Positions 55,201-64,000 of a stretch of 64,000 nt of DNA are shown here, piece after piece (within the stretch, counting starts at the first letter, position 1; each line of letters begins with the position of its first letter). Both the position numbers and the translations under genes were made by a program. The stretch is from Callorhinchus milii. Taxonomy: Eukaryota. The stretch is taken from the NCBI RefSeq assembly GCF_018977255.1, contig NW_024704742.1:57910001-57974000 (forward strand). The letters are read 5' to 3'. The notes under the pieces were generated by a model. That model saw only the letters and a program-made list of their open reading frames with translations, did no database searches and was not told the DNA's origin.

Positions 55201-58200
55201 TGATATGCACTAATCTCCCTGAAATAAAGACCCATGATATAAAGAAGTAAAGCTAAAACTTCAGCTGTTCAAGTTGGCTTGAGAGTGAGCACGTCATTCA
55301 CTTCTCCAGGAAGGGAAAACTCACACCCATCCACTCGAGTGTCCAAGATTCAAACAATATCGGAATAAGAACAAAGACAACAACTTGCACTTATATAGTG
55401 CTCTCCGTTCAATGTAGCTCTCAAAGTGGCTGAAAGCGTGACCTCCAATGGTGGAACAGAGGATGCGAGGAACAAGCAGGAGGCTGGTGACAGTCGAGCG
55501 GAGGCGCCAGTTGGTGGATTGGTGAGTGAGGAGGTCGGAGAGGTAGGGAGGTGCCAGGGAATGAACGGATTTAAACACAAGTGTGAAGATCTTGAAGTCA
55601 ATTCATTTGGTGATGGGGAGCCAGTGGAGCTTGGCCAGAATTGGTGAGATGTGGGTACAGAGATTGGTCCAACTAAGTTTGCAGGCAGCAGAGTTCTGAA
55701 TGAGCTGGATTTTTTGAACAGTGGAGCTGTGGAGATCGGCAAGGAGTGCATTTGAGTAATCCAGGCAGGAGGTGACAAACTCATGCACAGGGGTTTTGGC
55801 TGCATTTGGGGTAAGTTACAGTCAGAGGTGGGCAATGTGGCAAAAGTGAAAGAAGGTGATCTTTGTCAGATATGTGGAAGGAAGTACAGCTGGGGGTTGA
55901 ACTGGATGCCTGGATTATGCACTAGTTCAATGAGTTTGAAGGAGAGCCCAGGGACGTTGAGAAGTTCGGATCCGCAGGAGTAAAGACATCGACGGGAACT
56001 AAGGAGTATGGCTTCCGTCTTGTCCACATTTAGATGAAGGAAATTTGCTATCACCAGCCCATGATGTCTGCCAGAGAAGCTGATAGAAAATTGGCGGACC
56101 TGGAGTTGGTACTGGAGGAGGCCAAGTAGATTTGTGTCTCATCTGTATTTATGTGCAAGGTTACTCCATGTCTGTGGATGACATTGCTCAGAGGGAGCAT
56201 ATATATAAAGCAAAGAAGTGGGCCAAGGATGGAGCTCTGGGGTACCCTGCAGGTGACCAGGTCAGGGCGGGAGGAGAAACCATTTGCAGGTATGAAGTGG
56301 AGGTTGGTTAAGTAGGACTCGAACCTTACGAGTGCAGTCCCACTAAGGTGGATGAGGGAGGAGAGGTGGTGGAGGAGGATGGCATTGTCTACTGAGTCAA
56401 ACGCGAAAGAGAGATCCAGGAGCATGAGGAGGCAGAGGAAGCCCTGGTCACAGACAGAGAGGACATTGTTTGTGACTTTGACAAGTGCTGTCTCTGTTCT
56501 GTGGGCAGGGTGAAAACTAGACTGCAGTGGCTCGAGGAGGGAATGGAGGGAGAGGTGTGTCCGAAGTTGACCTGCAACAATACATTCCAGGACTTTGGCA
56601 AGGAAGGGTAGGTTGGAAATAGAATGATAGTTTGAGAGATTAGAGGGATTGAGGGTGGGTATTTTGAGAAGGGGTGTGATAACTGCAGTTTTCAGGGGGA
56701 GTGGAACAGAGCCTGAGAAGAGAGAATATTTGACCATGTCAAAAAAGAGGAAAGAAGGACAGACATCAATGATACAAGAACACAGTGGCAAGAAACTCAG
56801 CATCCGCTATTATTAGTGTTCCCAAAATAAAACAGGAGAATTTTGTCTGCTGCCTATGAATTTTAATATTCATACCACTGTGACATACTATACCTGAGCT
56901 TAAAGGCACAATATTATTGCAAATCTACATGTTGTAACCTATTTATTGAATCAATGCAAAGCTCTATGTCTTTTTGCCTTAGTCATTAAATAAGTTATTA
57001 AGCACAGAATACAAATGACTTTTGCTTCTCTGTTGTAATTTAAGATGTTTGTGGCACATTGCTGTGCGCAACACAGTGCTGTGTTATGCTCACAAAACAC
57101 AATCAATCCACTTTTCAATGGATTGTAAAGCGCTTTGTGACATCTCAACAACGTGATAAGGTGCTGTATTAAATGCAAAGATCATTATTATTATTATTTG
57201 ATAGGCGCCAGTCTTATTCACACCAATCTGTAAATGAACCTGTTCTCGGGATTCCAATTTATATTTTGGTGAAACAGAATTAAGCTGGTCTTTTCTGGCC
57301 GAACCTTTTATCCCAGGCTAAATAGAGTGGTTAGTTCCACTGCTGGATGCAACCTCAAACACAACAAGCTGTCTGGCAAGCTTCCCTCTGCTTGTAAAGT
57401 TTGTCAATGCGGCGGAAGCTTTTTACAATTGAGGGGTGAAGCTGGAAATCAGTATGCTCTTCACCGCTGTAAACCTCTTCAACTTGTTCAAAATCATCCT
57501 TGAAGTGAAAATTGCACTTTTGAGGGTGAACGAAACAACTCCAGGTTTCCTGCTGAAATGTACGCAAAGTCTGTGTTATAGTTTGTTCAAGAATGAAACT
57601 GAAAGATCAGCAACTTAGAGTTGGGATGGGGGGCGTAAACAGGGCTTTAGCTTGTAGGTTTAATAAGAAATAAGTGGAAAGAACCCATGCTCCCAGTGAA
57701 CGACTGGTCTGATCCTCCAAGTCCTACCAATGAACAGGCTGTTTGGAGTACTGTGGACCTGCCTGGCTTAGGACCAAAACGACTGAGACCACCATGAAAG
57801 ATTGACTTGATTCCAATATTCTGTTGCCAAGCACATCACCAGATAAGCTCCATGTTGAACCTGCTTACCTCCCCCCACAAGGAGGACCTGTTCTCTTTAG
57901 AAAATGCCCTAAATGAAGCCTCAGTATATTGAAAGCGATTAACAATTTTTATGTATATTGCTCTCAATACTGAAGGTTTCAAACACCAAGAGGCACTTCG
58001 TAAAAACATTAAGAAAAAGAAAGCAGATCATTTCTAATGAAAGGGCATTACAGTTTGGGAATATATTGCCAGGGAAAGATATTGAAGCAAACAGGATAAT
58101 GGGTTCAAGACGTCACTTTACACTCTCTCTCATGGACTCATTGACTCTTTTCTAGTTTGCATTTTATTTCATAGGCTGCCAATCCTGTTCACACCAAGAT

Positions 58201-61200
58201 GTGAATGAACAGTCCAGCTTTGTGGGTACTTCTTGCTAGTTGGCATACATTATTACTGAGTCACAAGGGAGAGTTGATAAATTAGACAGAAGAAGTGATA
58301 GCAATTAATATTCATGGAAAAGAACCACGTTCCTTCCAGTAAGCACTGAATAACTTTACCAGATTCCAATTCCAGCAAAATACACTTCCATTCTCTAATT
58401 TGCTTTACCGCTTGCATTTATTTTACTGTTCCCTCTCCTCCAGATCAGTCCCTGCCCCCCCTCAAAACTGCTGTCAGTAGCTCCCTCCTCAAAAAATCTT
58501 CCCTAGATCCCTCAAACCTCAGCCACTACCAACCTATTTCTAACCTGCCCTTCCTCGCAAAAGTCCTAGAACGCATTGTTGCAAATCAACACTGAAGGTT
58601 TCAAACACCAAGAGGCACTACGTAAAAACATTAAGAAAAAGAAGGCAGAGCATTTCTAATCAAAGGGCATTACGGTTATGGGAATATATTGCCAGGGAAA
58701 GATATTGAAGCAAACAGGATAAATGGGTTCAAGATGTCACTTTACACTCTCTCTCATGGACTCATTGACTCTTTTCTAGTTTGAGGGATCTAGGGAAGAT
58801 TTTTTAAGGAGGGGGGTGATGACAGCAGTTTTGAGGGGGGCAGGGACTGATCCGGAGGAGAGGGAATAGTAAAATAATTGCAAGCGCACAACGCTCCTCC
58901 CACTGACTCTTCGAACCCCTCCAGTCCGGTTTCTGCCCTGCGCAAAGTACAGAGACCATGCTTCTGAAAGTCACAAATGACATCCTCTCTATCTGTGACC
59001 AGGGCTCCCTCTGCCTCCTTGTCCTCCTGGACCTCTCCGCTGCATTCGACACTGTCGATCACGCCATCCTCCTCCACCACCTTTCCTCCGTCATCCACTT
59101 CAGTGGGACCGCACTCGCCTGGTTCGAGTCCAACCTCTCAAACTACCAGCAGTATATCTGCACAAATGGCTTCTCCTCCCGCTTTCACCCGGTCACCTGC
59201 GGGGTACCCCAAGGATCCATACTTGGCCCCCTCCTCTTTTTGATCTACATGCTTCCTCTTGAGCGCAAATTTCCTTCAGCTGAACATTGACAAGACGGAA
59301 GCCATACTCTTTGGCTCTCATCAACAACTAAAATCTCACAGTTCTCACCTCTTCCACCTACCTGACCTCCCCCTAAAACTCTCCGAACCCGTACGCAACC
59401 TAAGCATCAGGTGCAACCACCAATTATCCTTCCTCCCCCACATCTGGTCTCTCACCAGCACCGCTTTCTTCCACCTCTGACACATTACCCCTCTCCACCA
59501 AAAGCTCTCTCCGAAAGCCGCTGAAACCCTGGTCCATGCCTTTGTCACCTCTGGGCTGGACTATTCTAATGCCCTCCTCGCTGGTCTCCCTTCCACTACC
59601 ATCCATAAAATCCAGGTTATACAAAACTCTGCCGCCCTCATTCTCACCCGCACCAAACTCCATTCCCCAATTTCCCCAGTCCTTGCCAGACTGCACTGGC
59701 TGCCTGTCCCAGAGGATCGACTGCAAGATCCTCACCCTTGTCTTCAAATCCCTCCACTCCTCTGCACCCCCCTACCTCTCTGACCTCCTCTCTCCTCAAA
59801 ACAGTGCCCGTTGCCTTCGTTCCTCCGGGTCTGGCCTCCTCCTTGTCTCCCGAGACCTCCGTGCCTTGAACCACTATGCCCCGAGGCTCTGGAACTCCCT
59901 TCTTCACTCCGTTCGCCTTGCCTTCATATTATCAGGTCTCTGCTGAAGACCTTTCTTTTCGATCGCGCATTTGGTCACCTTCACCCCCCCTCCCCCCAGC
60001 TCGGCCCCGGGATCCATTACTGTGAAGTGCTCTGAGACGCCATCCGGCATGGAAGGCACTATATAAATCCAAGTTGTTGTTGTTATTTCACGCTTTCTAT
60101 TTGCCTGATTTATAATTTATAGATAACTGTGAATTTTTTATTAAAATTTTTGTATTATTCACTTGTACACATGAATTTCTTTGTGTGTAAATAATTTATT
60201 TCCTCAATCCATCACTGGTTCTTAGTGCTATTTGTTTTTATTTATTAATGGTTATGGTATTTGCCGAAACACCTCGGAGTCGTGGAAAATCACAATTAAA
60301 CATATAAGGTGGTGGTCAGATTTGCATTGGTAAGACCTAGATCATTGTTCTTATAGGAATGAAATAAATGGTTTGATTTAATTTGTAAATCTTACAAGAT
60401 AATAATCCTTATATTTGATAAAGTGCCTTTCATGTCGGGAGGACATCTCAAAGAGCTTCACAGGGTATATTATGAAGTGAATTGACTGTATATTTTTGTA
60501 AACAATTTTGGCAGCCAATATGTGCACAGTAATGTGCTAAGAACAGTTATGAAGTGAATGACAAATCTTATTTGAGGGATTGTTAGCCAGTACCCTGAGG
60601 GAAACTCCCTTCCTTGTGGATTGATGTCAGAAATTCTAAAATTATGCTAAACGTTACTGGCATTAAAATTTGCACACCAGGTCTGGAGAGTGAATGCTAT
60701 CAACTGAGGCAACATTTAAATGGTGGCAAAATGTGCTATTAATGTCAAAAATGTGAAGTGTTTTCAAGTAAAAGAATGAGCAGCTGATAATTTTTAAAAT
60801 TTGATAACATTTTGTACATTTTAGTCAATATTTTAGTGCTAAATCTTTGCCTGTGGATGCTGTAATTCCACTTATTCTCAAGATGTAATGATACTGTTTT
60901 GTTAAGCACCACTCCAAGATGTGATCCTGCATGAAGGACTCTATATAAAGTAATCCTTCTGAAGTCAGTATTTTAATTTGACCTGACTGCACCACTGAAA
61001 CATTGAAAGATACACAGAATTTTTTTGTACCTCAGAGACAATAGTAGAGATGTACCTTTCGGTGCTGTACTCCCAGCCATCCACACAGGGCTCAGTCTCA
61101 CGTGTTGTGGCATTTAAAGCATCTGTTGCAGGAGTTTTGTATCTTCTACATCGACTGTAGATCATCTCACCATCCACCTCCTCTACAGGCAGCAGTGAAC

Positions 61201-61396
61201 TCAGATTAGCTTCTCCAGTGGTTCTGTTCAGAGAGTCAGGCAGACGGCAGTGGTGCTGAGGGGTGTCTGCCAGAAACACCATAGACAAACACATGTGGCC
61301 ACTCAAAATAACTGAAGCACTCAACAAAAAGAAAACAGTTTTCTGGAAGGATCCCCACTCTCCCAGGAAAGAAGTAACTTCATCATAATCCTGCAT
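31121..61396 (-). CDS. SLC22A5: OCTN-type SLC22 transporter (SLC22A4/SLC22A5-like), 10 coding exons, about 553 aa (whole-gene span)
   Basis: Spliced minus-strand exons 61396-61031, 48326-48223, 45446-45292, 44572-44401, 43381-43240, 38830-38730, 38584-38370, 34596-34414, 32732-32603 and 31214-31121 sum to 1662 nt in one open frame. Motifs: [58 protein letters not shown]. Exact orthology (A4, A5 or a lineage paralogue) cannot be resolved by eye. Confidence 0.93.
32603..32732 (-). CDS. SLC22A5: SLC22A4/5-like exon 9
   Basis: tag|[42 protein letters not shown]|gtaagt; 130 nt. Confidence 0.94.
33916..34337 (+). mobile_element. older DeuSINE (different tRNA-like head, longer Deu-like domain)
   Basis: tgtcagcctggcttagttggtagc head; tgtcagaggtgccatgcttcagatgag...ggagtttctcctggtgccctg domain; shared 3' tail. 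Confidence 0.75.
34414..34596 (-). CDS. SLC22A5: SLC22A4/5-like exon 8
   Basis: cag|[60 protein letters not shown](G)|gtatgt; 183 nt. Confidence 0.95.
34760..36005 (+). mobile_element. decayed L2 (subfamily B) interrupted by a CR1 tail (about 35685-35845, minus strand)
   Basis: [25 protein letters not shown]; the catagaatgatagaa... insert is a CR1 tail. Confidence 0.8.
36113..38353. mobile_element. triple-nested L2 complex in intron 7
   Basis: Plus L2-A (36113-36157 and 37826-38353) is split by minus L2-B (36158-36571 and 37647-37825), which is split by minus L2-A (36572-37646). Confidence 0.82.
38370..38584 (-). CDS. SLC22A5: SLC22A4/5-like exon 7
   Basis: cag|[36 protein letters not shown]...LLIQLVPA|gtaagt; 215 nt. 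Confidence 0.95.
38730..38830 (-). CDS. SLC22A5: SLC22A4/5-like exon 6
   Basis: cag|[33 protein letters not shown](W)|gtgagt; 101 nt. Confidence 0.94.
38955..40370 (-). mobile_element. L2 fragment (subfamily A) split by a short plus-strand L2 tail at 39418-39652
   Basis: [28 protein letters not shown]; the reading ITSRLNY|SNSLLVG resumes across the insert. Confidence 0.88.
40371..41087 (+). mobile_element. L2 3' fragment with a tail-only insert of about 55 nt at 40862-40916
   Basis: [17 protein letters not shown], ending in (GTT)n. Confidence 0.85.
41690..42520 (-). mobile_element. L2 3' fragment (subfamily A)
   Basis: [23 protein letters not shown]; shared 3' stem-loop. Confidence 0.88.
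42521..43076 (-). mobile_element. SINE head (longer variant) interrupted by an L2-B 3' fragment (about 42573-42987)
   Basis: The SINE sequence gcgtgtggag|taagga is split by an L2 piece carrying (CAA)n on the + strand. Confidence 0.8.
43240..43381 (-). CDS. SLC22A5: SLC22A4/5-like exon 5
   Basis: cag|[47 protein letters not shown]|gtaatc; 142 nt; the donor position is slightly less certain than the acceptor. Confidence 0.88.
43538..43863 (-). mobile_element. tRNA-headed Deu-type SINE in intron 4
   Basis: Head, body and tail present. Confidence 0.9.
44401..44572 (-). CDS. SLC22A5: SLC22A4/5-like exon 4
   Basis: cag|[56 protein letters not shown](W)|gtgagt; 172 nt. Confidence 0.95.
45292..45446 (-). 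CDS. SLC22A5: SLC22A4/5-like exon 3
   Basis: aag|[51 protein letters not shown](G)|gtacgt; 155 nt. Confidence 0.95.
46905..47282 (-). mobile_element. older DeuSINE
   Basis: Head tgtcagcctgactcagtaggtagcactctcgcctctgagtcagaaagttgtgggttcaagttcc; Deu-like body. Confidence 0.78.
47405..48150 (+). mobile_element. decayed CR1 3' end, interrupted at 47500-47697
   Basis: [18 protein letters not shown], ending in a (ttctat) tail. Confidence 0.8.
47500..47697 (+). mobile_element. 198-bp fold-back element, probably Penelope-like (PLE)-derived, with a hammerhead-like core
   Basis: Perfect 38-bp inverted arms at 47552-47589 and 47639-47676; CTGACGA-stem-GAAAC in the loop; 14-bp TSD GATTAAACAAYCAG. Confidence 0.75.
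48223..48326 (-). CDS. SLC22A5: SLC22A4/5-like exon 2
   Basis: cag|[34 protein letters not shown](R)|gtacaa; 104 nt. Confidence 0.95.
51113..51490 (-). mobile_element. tRNA-headed SINE, longer variant
   Basis: Head, central cctagtagtaagtaggaacc segment, shared tail. Confidence 0.85.
51815..52490. mobile_element. older DeuSINE (minus) with an opposite-orientation DeuSINE body (about 52040-52318) inserted
   Basis: Two inverted Deu-like bodies; the head lies at 52440-52490. Confidence 0.65.
54255..54505 (-). mobile_element. RTE-X-like LINE 3' UTR fragment
   Basis: Aligns by eye with 21205-21450 and 4580-4800. Confidence 0.6.
55370..56735 (-). mobile_element. L2 fragment (subfamily B), RT through 3' tail
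   Basis: [35 protein letters not shown]; tail gcactatataagtgcaagttgttg. Confidence 0.92.
57620..57900 (-). mobile_element. RTE-X-like LINE fragment
   Basis: attgacttgattcc...ttgccaag...cttacctccc is shared with 4960-5130 and 21640-21760. Confidence 0.55.
58430..60085 (+). mobile_element. L2 (subfamily B) with a templated complex insertion at 58586-58886
   Basis: [25 protein letters not shown]; tail ggcactatataaatccaagttgttgttg. Confidence 0.92.
61031..61396 (-). CDS. SLC22A5: SLC22A4/5-like coding exon 1 (TM1 and large glycosylated loop)
   Basis: ATG at 61396; [19 protein letters not shown]...[19 protein letters not shown] followed by donor GTACAA; 366 nt; NRT, NLS and NAT sequons; three loop cysteines. 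Confidence 0.95.
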
Positions 61397-62183
61397 TTCC
61401 TTCTTGTACAATTTCAAAATGTGTACTCTTCAAATACAATCCATGCAAAATGTTAAAATGTCCTCACTTTCAGGAGTTTATAGCTCATAGCTTGATGATA
61501 GCATTTCCTGAACACTTTTAGCAATTCCACAACTTTTTCTCACTGTTGTGAAGATGTTTGAAGTTCAATTAGAAAGTAGGTCTTCACATCAACCGGTGCT
61601 TAATTTATCTGTGTCAGAATCTGAACACTAATGGATCAGTGTCAGAATTCTAACACTAATAGAAATAATTTGAACCTCCCCTAGGTTTTATGTCAGCACT
61701 GTGGAGGTTTCATTGGCTCAAGATTCATTAAATGACAAGGGTTTTTTGTGTCACTTACACCTTCTCTCCTCTTGGACATGGGCTTAAAATTAGGTTATTA
61801 ATATCCAAGAGTTCTTGCCAACCTAATGATTTTAACTACAGTCCTGCTGACTAATGTTGAAAATCCCACTCCCTTGATTACTCCTCCAACAATCCCACTC
61901 CTTCTGTTATATCTTCTGACCTATCCCTCTGTGACATGTTTCAAATTGAAAACTCTCAAACGCTATGTGTGTGTTTGTATAAAATAAACCCAACAGTTAA
62001 CAATGGTGGAACAGGAACTTAGCGAGCGAGTGAGAGAGCGAGAGCCCTGCCTAATTGTCTGTTTCTGTATTGTGAAGAAAAAATATTGTTTTGCTAAGCA
62101 AAAGAGATCCTTTGTACAACCTTCCATTTTTATGTCTTTAATTCTTTTACTTACTATGTGAAGTCTGTGCACACATGTATATA

Positions 62184-62648
62184 CAGTTGAAGCCGCTTAA
62201 ACCGAACACATCATGGCCGACCGTTTTGTCCAGCTTAAACGGCGTCTGAGGTTAGCCGAAATTCTCTTAACTCTTCCCACCCAGCAGAGGAATGACAGTG
62301 GAGCCTCCACCTTCCCATTGCCTTTCCTTTTGCATGAGAAGGGGGTCAATTAGCAGCAACTCCAAGATGATTGACAGTCTGAAACTATTTGCGAATGGAT
62401 GGGTATTCCATCCATTCACAAGCAGCTCCAGCTGTCCATCAATCACAATTTTAATCCTCCCATCTCAATCCCAGCAGAGCTGTTCATGGTGAGTGAGGAG
62501 CTGCAGTGGCGCTAAATCGTGGTATTTTGTCTTAATTAACCAGCATATTTAAAACAGGTGAGAGTACGAATGAATTGGGGCTGGGCATTTTGTCCAATTG
62601 TCACGACGTCCGGGTTGAACTGGCATTCAGCTAAAGTGGCTTCCACTG
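62184..62648. mobile_element. internally deleted Tigger/pogo (Tc1/mariner superfamily) DNA transposon
   Basis: TIRs CAGTTGAAGCCGCTTAAACCGAA and (reverse complement) CAGTGGAAGCCACTTTAGCTGAA; TA on both flanks; internal minus-strand LELLVNGWNTHPFANSFR resembles a Tigger transposase motif. Confidence 0.82.
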
Positions 62649-63044
62649 TATATATATAACCAAACGCTGAAAAATAATCAAACATATAAGAAAAGATAGC
62701 TCGCTTCTGTGCAATGAATTATGGTTGCAAAGGTATGCAGTTAATGTTGTCTTTGGGTACATGGCCATCATGAACAAAGCCAGCGCTTCTAATTAACATA
62801 TCAACTTACAAATATTCAGTTACAAATACAGTCACTACACTTTACAGTGTGTTCTGTGAAGCGCTTTGGGACGTCCTCCTGACGTGAAAAGCGCTATATC
62901 AAATGCAAGGATTATTATTATTATTATTATTAAAACCTGTGAAGCACTTTGAGAAATCTTAACAGAAATCATAAAGAAATAGTTCAGTGTGAGTAAATCA
63001 AGATCCACTGATTAGATAGAATATTCTGAATGTGCAGAAGACAT

Positions 63045-63285
63045 AGAATTTGGAGCTGGGAGGGGCAGGCTGTGCCCGAGCTGCGGACAGGAAGATGGTA
63101 ACAATGCCGAGCTGTGTTGCTCACAGTGAAGCTCACAGGGAGTTCCTGGTACCTACCATTCACCTAGTAAGGGGCAAACCCGCGCTTGTCAGATGTCAAA
63201 TGACCACCTAGTGACTATCTTCTTTGGGCGGGAGGTAAACGGGGTCTTGTTGGAGCTGAACTGGTTCCAAGATGACATTCCATTC
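63045..63285 (+). mobile_element. RTE-X-like LINE ORF2 zinc-knuckle fragment
   Basis: GRLCPSCGQEDGNNA...HREFLVPTIHLV matches the reverse complement of 21700-21930. Confidence 0.65.
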
Positions 63286-64000
63286 ACAAATATGATGAAC
63301 ACAAGGTTATTCAGAGCTTAATATAATTTTATAAATATCATTTTAATATAATTTTAGAAATGTTATAAAGAGCTTAATATAATTTTATGAATTCTGGAAT
63401 TTCTATATGGAATTCTGAGTTTGGTTTGTATAATGATCAAAAAAAAACAGAATTTGGAGCTCAGTTGTCACAACAAAGCCAAGCAGTTGCACAAAATAAG
63501 GTCTAGGTCACTCCTAGACATTTGTTTAACTTGAATAGTCTCAAAAAACAGGAAGATACAAATGTTTCGCAGAAGGCATGGGTATTTGCACTGAAGCTAA
63601 ACTACAATGATTAAATGGAGCTTTCGCAATTCAACAAAGTGAGTAATCATTCACGTACCAAATTGTAGCAGGGCAAAGTTTCACAATACAAAAGTTCAGA
63701 GAGTTTAGTTAGAAAATGCTAAAAGTCCTATATTCTCAAGGTTCTACATTCCATGTGAGAAGTGAAGATCAGTGAGGGATCACTTTTTGAAAAGTTCATT
63801 TAGTACTGAGTCAGTTGTAGATACTGCATTAAAGCTCCTAAGTCTTGTTATCACTCCCCATACTCTAGAAATTCCAGTCTCACCCAGCATAGTCAAAGTA
63901 TGGGAGAAGATAAGAATGTTTCAAGATACTCTTCTTTAGGTCCTTCCTCAGAAGCCTGATTATGTTAATCTGCAGGGTATAAGGAGGCTATCTCCTCCTG

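Noticed and set aside
56051..56803. 250-aa reverse transcriptase ORF as an active or domesticated RT
   Set aside because: The catalytic YADD is degraded to NTDE and the flanks are frameshifted; it is a dead L2 fragment.
61397..61417. N-terminal extension MKLYKKE from the ORF track
   Set aside because: It begins at TTG; the ATG at 61396 matches the conserved MxDYDEV start.

Overview
Repeat-rich vertebrate genomic DNA, most likely from a cartilaginous fish, possibly a chimaera such as Callorhinchus (inferred only from the repeat landscape). It contains one intact protein-coding gene on the minus strand: a 10-exon SLC22A4/SLC22A5 (OCTN-type) organic cation/zwitterion transporter of about 553 aa, CDS from 61396 to about 31121. 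All splice sites are GT-AG and six of the eight internal exons have the lengths I recall for human SLC22A5. The protein carries substitutions at positions important in human OCTN2 (equivalents of N32S, Q207L, N210I). The rest is layered retroelement debris: at least two L2 LINE subfamilies (one near full-length copy with a target-site duplication), tRNA-headed Deu-type SINEs sharing the L2 3' tail, CR1 remnants, an old RTE-X-like LINE family, Tigger and hAT-like DNA transposon remnants, and a Penelope-type hairpin element with a decayed hammerhead ribozyme core. The most unusual structural features are several locally templated inverted or direct duplications at L2 elements, triple-nested LINEs, and inverted L2 copies tightly flanking exons 6-7. 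I found no convincing wholly new biological system. Repeat boundaries were set by eye and are approximate.
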